A DNA stretch of 64,000 nucleotides from Penicillus capitatus (Eukaryota; Plantae; Chlorophyta). The stretch spans positions 372,001 through 436,000 of the forward strand of contig OZ287710.1 in the NCBI GenBank assembly GCA_965649825.1, given 5' to 3'. The stretch's first letter is position 1. The number at the start of each line of letters is the position of its first letter. Made by a program: the position numbers and the translations under genes. Below the pieces are notes generated by a model. That model saw nothing but the letters and a program-made list of their open reading frames with translations, was not told the DNA's origin and did not search any database. Shown piece by piece: positions 12,334-24,240 of this stretch.

Positions 12334-15300
12334 ATGGATTTGCGCTGTGATGAGTCTTTGTCTGCTGAGGACATGGACGTCGACCGCTCAGAAAGCTCGA
12401 AGGAAGAGGAGGCGTACTGCGTCGAAAGGACGACGCAGAAAGCCTCTTTTCGCACGTCCCTTCAGCCAAGAGGTCCAGAAACGCAATGCTGTCGTGCGGA
12501 ACGCGCAGCAGACGCCGTTTCCGTCAAGCGGCCCATCGACACGCCCAAGCCCATCTCTTCACCCAACGCCAAAGCGCAGCGGACCTGCGACCCAAGTCAG
12601 CGAGACGGTGCGATGACGAAGGGGATTGACGCGTCTGTCTTTCCATACAGACGACAGTGCGACACTCACTCGTTTGGTTTCTGATCTGCTTGAAGTGCGC
12701 CATCCGACCATGCCTATCTGCACACGCGTCTGGGCGAGGGTTTGAGTTGAAGGCGTTCGACTTGACAGAGCATCCATGCCGTGTCGTGTGTTAGGTCATT
12801 GGGTTTTGCGACTGGCCCAGCGTTATATGGGCGTTACACCTCTGTCCGCGATCTCAATGGCCAGAACTCATCGAGAGCTACGCTCCTGGTATGGCCGTTG
12901 AGTTCTGCTACAGGATAGCAGAAAGAGAGAATGATTTAGGGAAGGTGATGGTCTTGTTTTATGGCGAGAGGACAATTATGTGGGTCAATCACGGCAGGCT
13001 TTATCCAATCGACGACAATCAAGAGAATAGGATCAAAAATTTGAACAAATGGGGAGAAAAGAACGCACAGTAAGATCGTGCGATCTCGTAAAGTCAGGAG
13101 AGAGTTGGTGGTGATAGGGGCAATCTTGTGACAGCCGCGCTGGATGAGTTGAATTACTCCTATGACGATGTCCTGTCGGAGTTGGAACGCCTGCAGCATC
13201 CCAGTTCGCTCTGCGTTTCGGCATCGAATGAAACAGTGCCGCCAGAAATGTGCCAAAGCTGCCATGAATTCAACGTGGATGTCTTCTGTGAGAACTGCAA
13301 GCAAGGATGGCATACATTGTGTCTTAAGCCACCTGTCCTGCGGAAACAGAATTTCAAGGAAGGCGAAACGTGGATCTGTCAAGCATGTGGTACACAGAAT
13401 ACCGTAAGGATAGAACCTTCACCTTTCCTTCCAGAACTTCAGCAAATGTTTCCTAGGTACACATCGAAGAGAACGAAGAAGAGGAAGGAGCGAAAGAAGA
13501 GAATGGAGAGGCCAGTGGCTTGACGCCTGATTGGATCATTCATGCAGCAGCGCACGAGGTGTTTTTGCTTGAGGTATGCTTGCCATACACACACGTCCTT
13601 GGAATAACGCTTAACGGATGCCCATGTGTCTTTTTTCTACCTTAGAAGCCAGCACCAGAAAGAAATTTCATTCCTGGACTGCTGGATCCTTGCACAAACG
13701 ATAAAGCGAACCCGAATATCCCTGCAGAAAAGCTCTATGACAAGAATGATAATGGACTGAAGCTCTCAAATCCGTGGGCGGGATACTATGTCATTCTCAA
13801 CCCCGATTACAAATCGCAAGTTGGTTACCTACCCATCCATGCTCCTACGATCGACGGACTGTGTCTTTCCTTCCTGTCAGGTTCAATGGAGATTTGTCAA
13901 TCGCGCGATCGATGAAGTTGAGAATGATCGTGTCCCTGCTGTGATCTTGATCTGTCGAAATTCGACAGACACTGCCTATTATCAGAGACTCAGGCCATAT
14001 CCACGTGTCTTGCTGAGACGACAATGCGTGAAATTCAAGAACTATGAAAATACGCCGATTGGATTCGGCATTGTCGTCTTCTGTGTGGCCAAGAGGAATT
14101 GGAAGAAGCTTTATTGTCGTTTCTTAGATGCCTTTTCTCCTTACGGAGAATCAAACATGCCAATCGATTTGAGTTTGTGCTTTCTTTTTTCCGAGAAAGA
14201 GACGAGAGCTGACTGGATGTCGTGTGCAGAGACTCTGCAAGACAGAGATTTCGTGGCATTGACACAACGCATACATGAGCAGGCAGCCATGAGCTATCGA
14301 GATCATTGGATGCAGTGCAATGCATGTAAGAAATGGAGAATTGTACCGTATGAAGTCTTTACAGAATTCAAAGACAAGGAATGGCAATGTTCAGATCTCA
14401 AGTACTGTTGCTCTTGCAGCCTGCCTCTCATTCTTGAACGAGATACCACATCCAGATCGAATACCACATGCCTCACTCTTCAACGCAAAGTGGAGGTCAT
14501 GGGAGTGACATACGCCAGTGGGGTGGACAAAGGTGTGGAGAATGTAGTGGAGATGCCTGAAGGAGTGGAGCATACCACCAATGAACAGAATTTAATAAAG
14601 GAGTCTGACATGGGAATGCAGGATGCAGCACCCGAAGTATGGCACAATCTTTGGCAGCACGTCAGGGGTTTCTCGCCATCCAGTATGATGTAGATGAGAA
14701 AATCGCGTCTCCTCAAGCGACAGGGGAGGATCTTACAAATTTTGCGAGGAGGATAGCCTGTCAGTCGACGCTGTCTAAATTGGCCAATCTTCCACCAAGA
14801 AGCAATGTCAAAATCATGCAAGCCTTGGATGTCACATCAGAGAGTAAGATTCACCAGAAGGATCTGGCACTAAGCTCTCTCGAGCTGGCACGTCAAGTCA
14901 GCCATTACGTTGTGTCATGAAGGACAGCCATTGAATATATGTATGCTTTCTAGGCACGGATGGCTGCGAATCGAGCTTATCTAAAAGGATTGGGGAAGCA
15001 GCCAGCAGCCATTCACAGAGGAGAGGTCGAGGCGCTGTCGGCAACTAATGGCTTGGTGCTGGATGCTGCCAGAGAGATTGCTAAGAAAGCCAAGGTGGCA
15101 GAATTAGAATTGCAGGTGATCGATGAAGGACACAATCATGATCGCCTTTGTCGTTGGCCTTTTTCGATTTCCTGTTGTCTGTAGTATCAAAAGACGCGGC
15201 GCCAGTGTGAGACCCTGAAGAGAAAACAACAAATCGAGATCAGCCGTTTAGCAAAGCAACTTGAAAAGAAAAGAAAGGAGGAAAGAGATGCCAAGCAAGC

Positions 15301-15379
15301 AAAAGAAATTGCGCTGGCTGCAGTTCAAGAGCTGGAAGAAAAGGTGAAGAGACTGAGGGAATCAGGAGAGTGTATTTAA
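12334..15379 (+). CDS. Chromatin protein: PWWP-like + PHD + Dam-like DNA N6-adenine methyltransferase domain + zf-CW + coiled coil
   Basis: PWWP-like RVWARVIGFCDWPS..VLFYGERTIMWV. PHD CQSC..CENCKQGWHTLC..WICQAC. MTase TPDWII..LLDPC..NPNIPA..NGL..W..VILNPDY..W..AIDE..NSTDTAYYQRL. CW WMQCNACKKWR..WQC. Confidence 0.8.
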
Positions 15380-15812
15380 TGGCTCCTGCTGTTACTTCTT
15401 GACAGCAGGACCGTATATGTGATACTTATTGTTCCCTTGCCCTTTTCTGCTTCAGATAACAAGTGCATCCGTATTTTGACCTTGGACGCGAACCTCCTAT
15501 TTATTCAATGTAGTGCATGATGAAGTAAATTTCCAAAATCCTGCACCGAACTGCGAGACACGATGCAAAATGTAATCCTCTGGATCTTGGCATGACGATC
15601 AAGGGTTGGCCGTTTTCTGATCGGTCGTGGGTAACTTTGGCAGGGGCTGTTGGCGAAGACAAAGAGATGGAGTCTGTCAGTCACTCATATTCATGGCATT
15701 GCGTATCACACATCTATCTGTTCTGTGTCCATCAAACGAATCAGGAGAATCATCTGCCAACAATCATGGCCAAAGAATGAAGAATGCCAAAGAATCCAGA
15801 TGAATGGCCTCG

Positions 15813-17199
15813 TCATTTTGAAGCAGTCTCTTTGAGTTTTAACATCTCGGGCAAGCTCGGCATATAGAAATCAGGATGCGTTGCATTCTCTGGACTCAAT
15901 AGCTCTGCTTCTGTTGTCACACCTGCATGAACAGATCACCCAGGAATGACAGATCTGTGATGGCGGGTTCATACCAGAGAGAACCAGACATGTGGTCAGA
16001 CCCCCGTTCTTTCCGAACAAGATGTCTGTGTCTAATCGATCGCCCACCATGCAGATCTGTTCACGTTTCAGCTGGAATCTGTCTGCGATGTTCTTCAACA
16101 TGAAGTCAGCTGGTTTTCCAACGATGGTCGGTTCTCGTTTGGTGGATCCTCTGATGGCACCCACCATACAACCACCGCCTGCCCACTCCTGGGCATCTGT
16201 CAAGTGTGTCACAGCGTCTGTATTGGTCGCGATGAAAAGACATCCAGGATTCTCTCTGATGCAGAGTGTCGCGTATTGGAGCTTGTAGTAATTGACATAG
16301 CGATCAAATCCCACCACAACGGCGCCCACGTCCTCATCATGTTCCATTTTGTATCCCTTCGACAGTTGGATAGATTTTTCGCCGTCGTCGGGACCACCCA
16401 GGTACTGAAAGTTTTCTAATTCTAGCTCTTCGAGAATACCCACTTCGCCGATGACGTAAACTTTCTTGTTGCGATCGAAATCGATATCACTGAGATAGGC
16501 GGCTGCAGCAAATGATGAAGAAAAGATCTCTTCCTGAAAGAAGGTCTTGTGTCATAAGCGGGCATGGAAGGACGTCATCACTTACAGGTGTGATATCCAG
16601 TCCAAGATCTGTGAATTTTTTCACGTACCCTGCACGCGATTTGGTGCTGTTGTTCGTCACAAAGATAAGTTTTTTCCCCTAAACACCCGTCACATCATTA
16701 TGCGTGAGCTTATCTTCTGGAGATATCTCCTCACCAGTGATCTCAGATAGTCCAGTGTTTCTGGGACATCATCAATTAGACAATCTCCTCTCCATATGAC
16801 GCCTGTTACGAGAAATGTCGGTCATGGGTGTATACGCATCAAGTGCTCGAGCAGTCTGACCGTCACAATCGAAGATGAAGCAGTCGACGCGGTCCAACAG
16901 ATCGCGGATGTCTTCCAAACTCGCTCGCGTGGCTGTGCACAAAGTATACGATCAAACAGCCTGAAAGGATGTCAAGCAGCGCGTTTACGCGTCGGCGTGG
17001 ATCCGTTTGTCTCCACGGCTGAAGCGGTCGCCGTGACATGCATACGCGGTGCAGCTTCCTGGTGAAGCGGTTTCGTATTGTCTATGGAAGTTCGCACATG
17101 TCTCGGCCGAGATGCGCCCAAACGTTGCGAGCGCGTTGTTGCTGTTCGATTTGTGTGTACGGCGCGAGAAGACGGAGGGGTAAAGACAGACGACTGCAT
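15813..17199 (-). CDS. PGLP1: Phosphoglycolate phosphatase (HAD, PGLP1-like), plastid
   Basis: [64 protein letters not shown]. Transit peptide present. Confidence 0.93.
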
Positions 17200-17376
17200 T
17201 CTGAGGACGCACGAATAAAGAAGAACGAAATCTCTCCGGTGTATTGTCAAACGATATCATTACATGGCGAATGATCATAAGGTTCCATCGATGCGACAGC
17301 AAAGAGAACCTATCAAACGCATGAACATGTCCTGAAGAAACGACTCGAGATGGGTATGTGGAATGCGAGAACCCAA

Positions 17377-18390
17377 TTATTCTCTTTGAGGGAAGAAAGC
17401 AAAGTAAACAGACGGATAAGTCGCCCTCGTAACCGACACAAAGACATGTGCGATCGTCACCGGCCACAGATTGTCCTTCAGCAAAGTCGTCGAGAGACTC
17501 CAGAATGCTCCTTGAGCAAAGGCGGCGAATTTTACGGATCCCGGTCCTCTTTGCAAGATACCAAACCATCCAGAGGAGCCAACAATGCCAAACCATGCTC
17601 CGAGATCTCTACCCATTTCTTTGAGCAAGAATCCTCTGTACACGAATTCTTCAATGACAGGTATCAAGACGTGACGCAGTAGAGTGAATTCGATATTGTC
17701 GGATTGCGTCTCCTCGCCAAAGTACTCCATGTACGTTGCCCATTGCATGGACATCCCTGTGATCCAAAGAGTACTCAAGCCAAGGAGAACACCCTGAAAG
17801 AGATGACGCCATCCAAAAGGGTATTGCTGAGATGGAGAGAAGACAGGCCCTCCTTTGTTTGTTATCATGAGCAACAGTCCAAGCAGTTTGTAGCTGGACA
17901 TGAACGCCGTTGTCACGTAAAGGACGAAGAATTCAGAGATGCGCAGGAGGCCAAGGTGATAAGCACCAATCACGAATCCCATACGGATGACATCGATGCT
18001 GACCTATACAGGGATCAGACGCCTATGGTATGATGACAGAATATTCAGGTTTACTCCGGCAGAGATGATGTTGTAGGCGATGAACATCATGACAGCACGA
18101 AGTGGCCACTCCTGGGCAGCACCATTCTTATAGGGACAACGCGAGGGCTTCGATGTGTCCGCTGCTGTTGCATGCTCACAAGGAGCAGCGCCCTCTGTTT
18201 TGTACTGCCGTGCGAGATGGGGGCATTTCTCAAGTGCCTCTTCGAAACTCACCCCCTCCGTTCCTGGGTGGGGTGCTTCGCTGAAAGTGGTGTGCTTGTG
18301 CTCTTCTGGATGAGGTGACTCGGGACGCGGCGCAAAAATATTCTTCGTTTCATAATAGAGACGACGGGCTGTAGCAATGCAGGTTGACAT
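17377..18390 (-). CDS. CPBP/Abi (CAAX protease-like) membrane protein
   Basis: Motif EEFVYRG, several TM segments, AH motif near the C-terminus. A 51-nt intron joins the two ORFs. Confidence 0.75.
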
Positions 18391-18674
18391 AATGACGTCA
18401 GACGCGCCTTCGAGCATCGATTAACAACACTGCCTGTCACGCTAATTCTAATAAAAGGTGTTGTGTCTGGCGATGACCCCGACAGTTGTAACAATCACGA
18501 GAGCCATAGCCTGAGAGGAAGAAACCCTCCAGCGACCACAGGGGACAGGAACAAGTCAACAGGTACACAAACACGTGGGATGTCACTAATCGATAGAAAA
18601 CAGTAGTGCTTTATGTTTCAACATCCACTTTACATCAGTACAGCATAGAGGAACTCTTCTGAGCGCTGAGCTCG

Positions 18675-20007
18675 TTAAGACATAGGAGAGTAGCCACCAC
18701 GACTGCTATACAGATAAGCGTCTGACTGTCCCTGACGGGCGATGTTGTTGAATGGAGGAAAGTACGTCGCGTCATCTAGAAGAGTGACATTATTCATTCT
18801 TTGCACGAGAACAGGAGAGAGACCGCACTTGAGACATTCGTTGTCGATGCTGGCGCCGAAATCTGTGATACCAACTGATGTTGAGTCCCTGTAGCCCCTG
18901 TAGCAGTGCAGAGATCCTCATAAAAAACCGATGCAATCAGTAAGGTTCGCACCCTGAACAGCGTGTTGAGAAGGCCGTCCATAAGCGGGAGGGCAGTTCG
19001 TCGGAGAAAGCGGAAAATTGTCCGACTGCGAGGACGGTGTGGACGGCTGCGTGGTGATGTGCTGCGGCCCTGTGTATGGTGATGAAGACATGGAGCCATG
19101 TCTCAAAGGCATTGGCCGTTTGGTCTCGCTGTCTGCGTTCCTTTCATCGGAAAGTCGTGCGAATATCATCCGATTCTCATCAGGAGAGAATGTAGTGTTT
19201 AGCTGTCCGACAATTAACGCACCACCCTGCTGTCTGCTTCTACTCGTCGGAACACTGGACTCACTGGAAACCTCGCTAGGGGGCGGCGATGCAAACTGGG
19301 CCGGAGATGGGAACCCATCAGAGGTCATGGTACTACTCGTGATCGTTTGCAGCAAAGTTGGTCTTTCCTACAAAACGAGCACGTCATGATGATGCCCGTC
19401 CCATGTTCCCCACGACGAACGTTATTATTCATTGTGGTATTCTGACCATTCTGAGATGCAACATTGTCCGTGCCGTTCAAAAAACCAATCTGCACTGTCA
19501 CTCTCCCAACCGTTTTCCCATTTTGTTTCAATTCATTCGGCCGAAGATCCATGGTGGGCAATGATGCAGGGGAAATCCGAAAAACGATCTTGCCGACCTA
19601 AACAAGACACGCTCTTTAGGCATGTAAACACGAGGCTGGACTGTCCACTTACGGTTTTCTTCGTGAGTTTTCCGAACATGCCGTTCTGTATAATCTTAAT
19701 GCAGATTTCTGAAGACTGAGCAACTCCGCTTTCGAGCGCCCTACGAAAACCTTGTACATGGCACGGGGCGCTTCTCGAGGTTGCGGCTTACATAGTAGCA
19801 GCGGTAAAAGTGAAGTCTCCGTTCTGGTAGTCGCTTACAGGAACTTCGAATCCTCGGTAAGTTCTGCGAATGTACATCTAAAGCGACGCAGTTTCGACGC
19901 GGCGTGAAAAGAACCACTAAACTCGCCTTTGCAAACAGATTGTCTTTACTGCGCGGCGCGACATTATCCAGCTGAACTTTGATAAGTGTAATGGAGACAA
20001 GCGACAT
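18675..20007 (-). CDS. C2-like domain protein with Ser/Pro-rich tail (3' end uncertain)
   Basis: Spliced N-terminus LVSITLIKVQLDNV..MYIRR..EICIKIIQNG..VGKIVFRI..GKTVGRVTVQIGF has a beta-sandwich C2 pattern and needs a GC-AG first intron. Confidence 0.55.
19878..19926 (-). other. GC-AG intron (49 nt)
   Basis: Donor AAG/GCGAGT, acceptor TTTAG. Splicing restores the frame LFAK-MYIRRTY. Confidence 0.65.
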
Positions 20008-20130
20008 GGTCTCGTTTACGTTGGCGTTCCTGACGGCGGACATCTCAAAAACGACGCGAAATGCTCGAAGAACAATTTTATCCGTGCTGTTCCTGATGAA
20101 ATCACTCGTAGGGTGTGTCACCACTCGTCG

Positions 20131-21035
20131 CTATCGCAATGCTTCCGGTGTGGTATTCACTGAGAATCTCCCGTTATCGAGCAGCTGCGGGTCTTCCTCT
20201 GTTACATCAAGAACCTCCAACGCCTTTCTCAACTTGACCCCAGTAGCGTCAAAAATCTCCTGCCGAACGCATGGGACAGCGGGCTGAGCACTTGTATCGG
20301 CACTTGTCAACGAAACTGGCAGCGATGAAGTGAGGGACAGATGAGATGGTATAGAGACAACTTACACCAGGAAAAGCATCCTTTCTGCTCGGGTCCGAGA
20401 TGGAGAGGGAGTCCCTTCTTCAGCTCAGAGCATCTCACTTCCAAAAGGGTCAGGTCCATGTTGGGGTGCCAACTCAGACGTCGCGTCATGTAACGGTCCG
20501 ACCAAATATGGAACGGGCCCAGTGCCGCGGCAATGTTGGTATCTCTTGTGCGCCACATCCCTGTCACATGGGCCAGCACCTTCAAAACTACTCCATCCTC
20601 TGTGCGATTTTCCGCTTCCTGATGCACAACACACGACACGGTGCTCGCGGACGCGCTGAACAAGGGCATGTCATACCGCTGTATAGATTTCGCGGTACTC
20701 TGGCCGAAGGAGTTCTGCGTCGAGGTGAAACGCCGTCGGCTGAATGAGAAATTCGGCAGATGGCACAAGGAAACGCGGTTCGCGAATTCCTCCCTTTCGC
20801 AACAAAATCTGAACGCGGAAGAAGGTTGAGGATGGTGTGAGTCCGTCGCCATTGTCACCGTTTGTTTTCCCAACTTGAGAGCGGCGACCGTAGAGGCCGT
20901 TTCTTTAAGCACCCACACTTTACGCGGCAACTGAACCGTCAGCGACGCACAAACAAGGCGGTGTCGAAATGGCACACGGTGCGAAGCTGGGCAGCGAACT
21001 ACTGCCCTGTTGAACATTTTGTGCGTCACGGACAT
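20131..21035 (-). CDS. DUF1802-family protein, probably organellar
   Basis: After splicing: LKETASTVAALKLGKQT-ILLRKGGIREPRF..QPTAFH..HIWSDRYMTRRLSWHP..GCFSW. Confidence 0.8.
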
Positions 21036-21091
21036 TTTAATGCGTCAATGCGTGCGTGCGTGCACAAGTTTCCGTTTCATGCACAATACCA

Positions 21092-23061
21092 ATGGCGGAC
21101 AGAGTGTCGTTCTTGACGTGCTTACTTTTTTCTATGGCGATAGGCTGTTCTCTGTATCGGGCAGAGGAAGACACGTGTCCGTTGAGTGACATGGTAGAGA
21201 ATGAAGTACCCTTCAGTGCGGGGGAAGAGCATTGCTTCACAGTGGAGCGACTTCTCTCAGAGACAACCCTAAAACTGTTGCAGCTTGAGGAGCACATTTC
21301 TACCCAGAGTCGTCGAATAGACCTTCTGGAACGGCGTCTGGCAGAGAATGTATCCCCTCCCTCTGTTCGCGCATCGACAGACGACGAGGCTCCGTCCACG
21401 AATGCATCGACCCGTGTGCTTTTTTCGGAGTCGTCGTAGTGACGACCAGAATTGTTATAGCAGATCGCAGATATGAACGGCATCCCCAGGGACCCTCTTT
21501 CAACAGGACATTGCTGCGTCGACGGCAAACCTTCTACGATTCCTTCAAGCTCCTCTCTGTTGTCAAGACGGACGGAGAGCTGACCTCATTGACCATGGCA
21601 GCATCGAAAATATCGGCAGAGGATAAGAAGGAAGTGGAATTCTTTGTCCTGGGCGACGCATTGGGCAAAGTCTATGCTTTCAGTCCACATGGTGATCTGA
21701 TGGCCGAGTATGATACAGGTATACTTTGACGACATGACTTGAATACAGGAGTGAGATGTCGCTGTATGATGGAAGGAACAAACAGCTCGGTCATCGGATT
21801 GTCACACTATCACGTATCGAACAGCGCTTCAGGCATTGCCACATGCCATTCCAACGGAGAGATCCTGCTCCATCGAATAGAAACTACAGCAAAGTACATT
21901 TCTCGACGTGCAGACTATGGAGCCAAGTTGTGTGTCGGCAGTGAGCTGGACGACTCGCTAACAATAGAGAGAATCGCTTTCAATGGAACGCTTTCATGGA
22001 ATCTCACATCTGACCACACGCCAACTGCCGTATTCGCAACCAAGTCCTCTCTTTTAAGTATTCCATTGTCCCACATCAGCATCGCACGGTGTAGGACGCA
22101 ATCCGTGCGGAAGTTTCTGGTTAGTTATGCAGATGGCCGACTGCTGTTGCTTCGTACAAATGGAACGCTCCTGCGAGACATGACTTTGTCATCACAGCTT
22201 TTCGATATACGCACAGGTATGTCCTCTCTGTGCCACATTCTGATTGGTGGACAACAGGGTTCTGCTGTTAGAAAAGAACTATGTTCTTCTCGGCCACAAG
22301 GATGGGATTTCAATGTACGTCAGAGGCAGAATCAAACGCCTGAATTGCACTGGGGATGAGCAGATCGACTTGAAATCTTTGGTCTTCGATGTTGATCGGT
22401 CGAGCCGAGCTTTCGGAATGACATCCCATAATGAGCTTCTTATGTTTTCTATGAGCCCGGAAGGAAAAAATTGCAAAGCGAGATATCTGCAGATCTCTTC
22501 ACATAAAAATGATACGCTCCGTGCTGCAGATCCGTCATCGGGTGACCATCCCGCTGTCTGGAGAGCATATCAAGCTGCGGTCTACCAAAGGCTACATCAT
22601 GTTGAGCACGACACATGAGTTTGCACTCATCAATGTGACCTTGGCAATGAGAGCAGGTCCGCGGATTGTGATGATCGAGCCACAATCGCACCTTTCTGAA
22701 GGTTTTGGCTACCAGGTGCTCGACGGCAATATACTCTCGTTTGTTGTCGCTTGACATTCTGCTGGAGTAGGTGGAGACTGTTTCATTTCCTCAGCTTTGT
22801 GTGATGCCCTCGGGAGACATCTTCACGGCAATGCACTTCTCCAATGGCATTTTGGCGACTTTCCACGGTCTTCTCTCCACACAGCCCGTTCGCGAGCTTA
22901 TCTCAGTGGAATGGATGTACCGTCCACTCTTCTTTCTCGCCTTTATCATTGTGGTCGGATGGAAAATGTGGAGAAAGGACCGCAGAGGATTCCTCCCTGA
23001 CGAAGAAGAGTTTGCCGAACGCCATGCCAGGAGGAGGAGAGATGCAACACGGGGGTACTAA
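21092..23061 (+). CDS. Type I membrane protein resembling plant At1g75140 (signal peptide, coiled coil, propeller-like region, C-terminal TM)
   Basis: FYDSFKLLSVVK, FFVLGDALGKVYAFSPHGD, TCHSNGEILLHRI, FSNGILATFHGLL, WMYRPLFFLAFIIVVGW. Confidence 0.7.
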
Positions 23062-23104
23062 ATCAAGTCGATCGACATCATTGTTTAAAGATCATAAAGA
23101 TGCG

Positions 23105-23109
23105 TTACA
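23105..23109 (-). terminator. TGTAA polyadenylation signal candidate for Rab5
   Basis: TTACA on + strand about 136 nt past the Rab5 stop. Confidence 0.35.
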
Positions 23110-23244
23110 CATTTCTGGTACGGGCGGGAACAAGGTTTTCGAGTCACAATCGTCAATGACATGGAATCGGCAGCGAGATATCGCCATCCTTAGGCTGCTT
23201 GTATGCATACATGCAGACAAGGATCCTTCAAGAGAAAACCGGAT

Positions 23245-24035
23245 TCAGCAACAGGAGGACTTCTGAACAGGTCTGTTTGAGGAATCCAGAGGCAAAGGGG
23301 GGTTCGGAGGCACGACTTGGACTCTTGGTAATCTTTCAGCAATCTGTTCAAACAAACGATCCACGTTTGTTCCATCTTTTGCCGATGTCTCCATAAAGAA
23401 CAGTCCATTCTCGTCCGCATACGTCTGAGCCTCTTCCGTGGACACGCGACGGGTATTGCTATCATTCTTGACCAAATCACATTTATTCCCGGCCAAGGCC
23501 ATGATCATGGCTGCATTGCCAGTCATCTGTAGCTCCTTCACCCACTTTTTCGCTCGAACAAAGCTCTCGGAGCTGGAGACATCATAGACCAGTATTGCTG
23601 CAGCTGCTCCTCTGTATACCACAGGGGCGACCGACCGAACGGTCATGCAATCGGTACATCAAAGGTGTATTGGATGTACCTGTAGTACATAGGAGCTAGA
23701 CTGTGATATCTTTCCTGTCCAGCTGTATCCCTATCAAATAGACAATAGATCCTGAAGGTCTCTGTGGCATTGAAACGTGACCGACCAGATTTCAAATTTG
23801 ACGTTGTGTTCTGGGAGGAGCTTTGTCAAGAAAGCGGCGCCAATTGTCGACTCCTACAGATAAGACATGTCAAAGTGCCGAATCGTATTCTCGCACTTGT
23901 TTAGACGCTGGTACGCACTTGATAGTCGAAAAACTGTCCTTTTACGAACCGAAGCACCAAGCTTGATTTGCCGGAACCCATCTCTCCGAGGAGCACCAGC
24001 TTGGCGGAGTGTTGTTGCGCGAGGTCCGGCATCAT
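23245..24035 (-). CDS. RAB5: Rab5/RabF2 GTPase
   Basis: [64 protein letters not shown]-terminal CC. Confidence 0.96.
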
Positions 24036-24240
24036 CCACTGAGAACGCACCGTAAATGAAACTGAGAACGAACGAACAAACACACAAGCAATGTGATGCA
24101 AAGACGAGAACAGTTCGGGCCGCACAAACAAACATCAGCATGATGACGTAAACATGTTAGATCCATCCGCCAGCTGAGTCACGTCATCTGCGTTCATTTT
24201 TGCCCGGGGCAGTCAAAGTGCCTGTCTCACAATTTTGCAG

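Noticed and set aside
23040-23266. 3' extension of the At1g75140-like gene overlapping the Rab5 stop
   Set aside because: The available donor and acceptor phases lead to an immediate stop, so 23061 was kept as the end.
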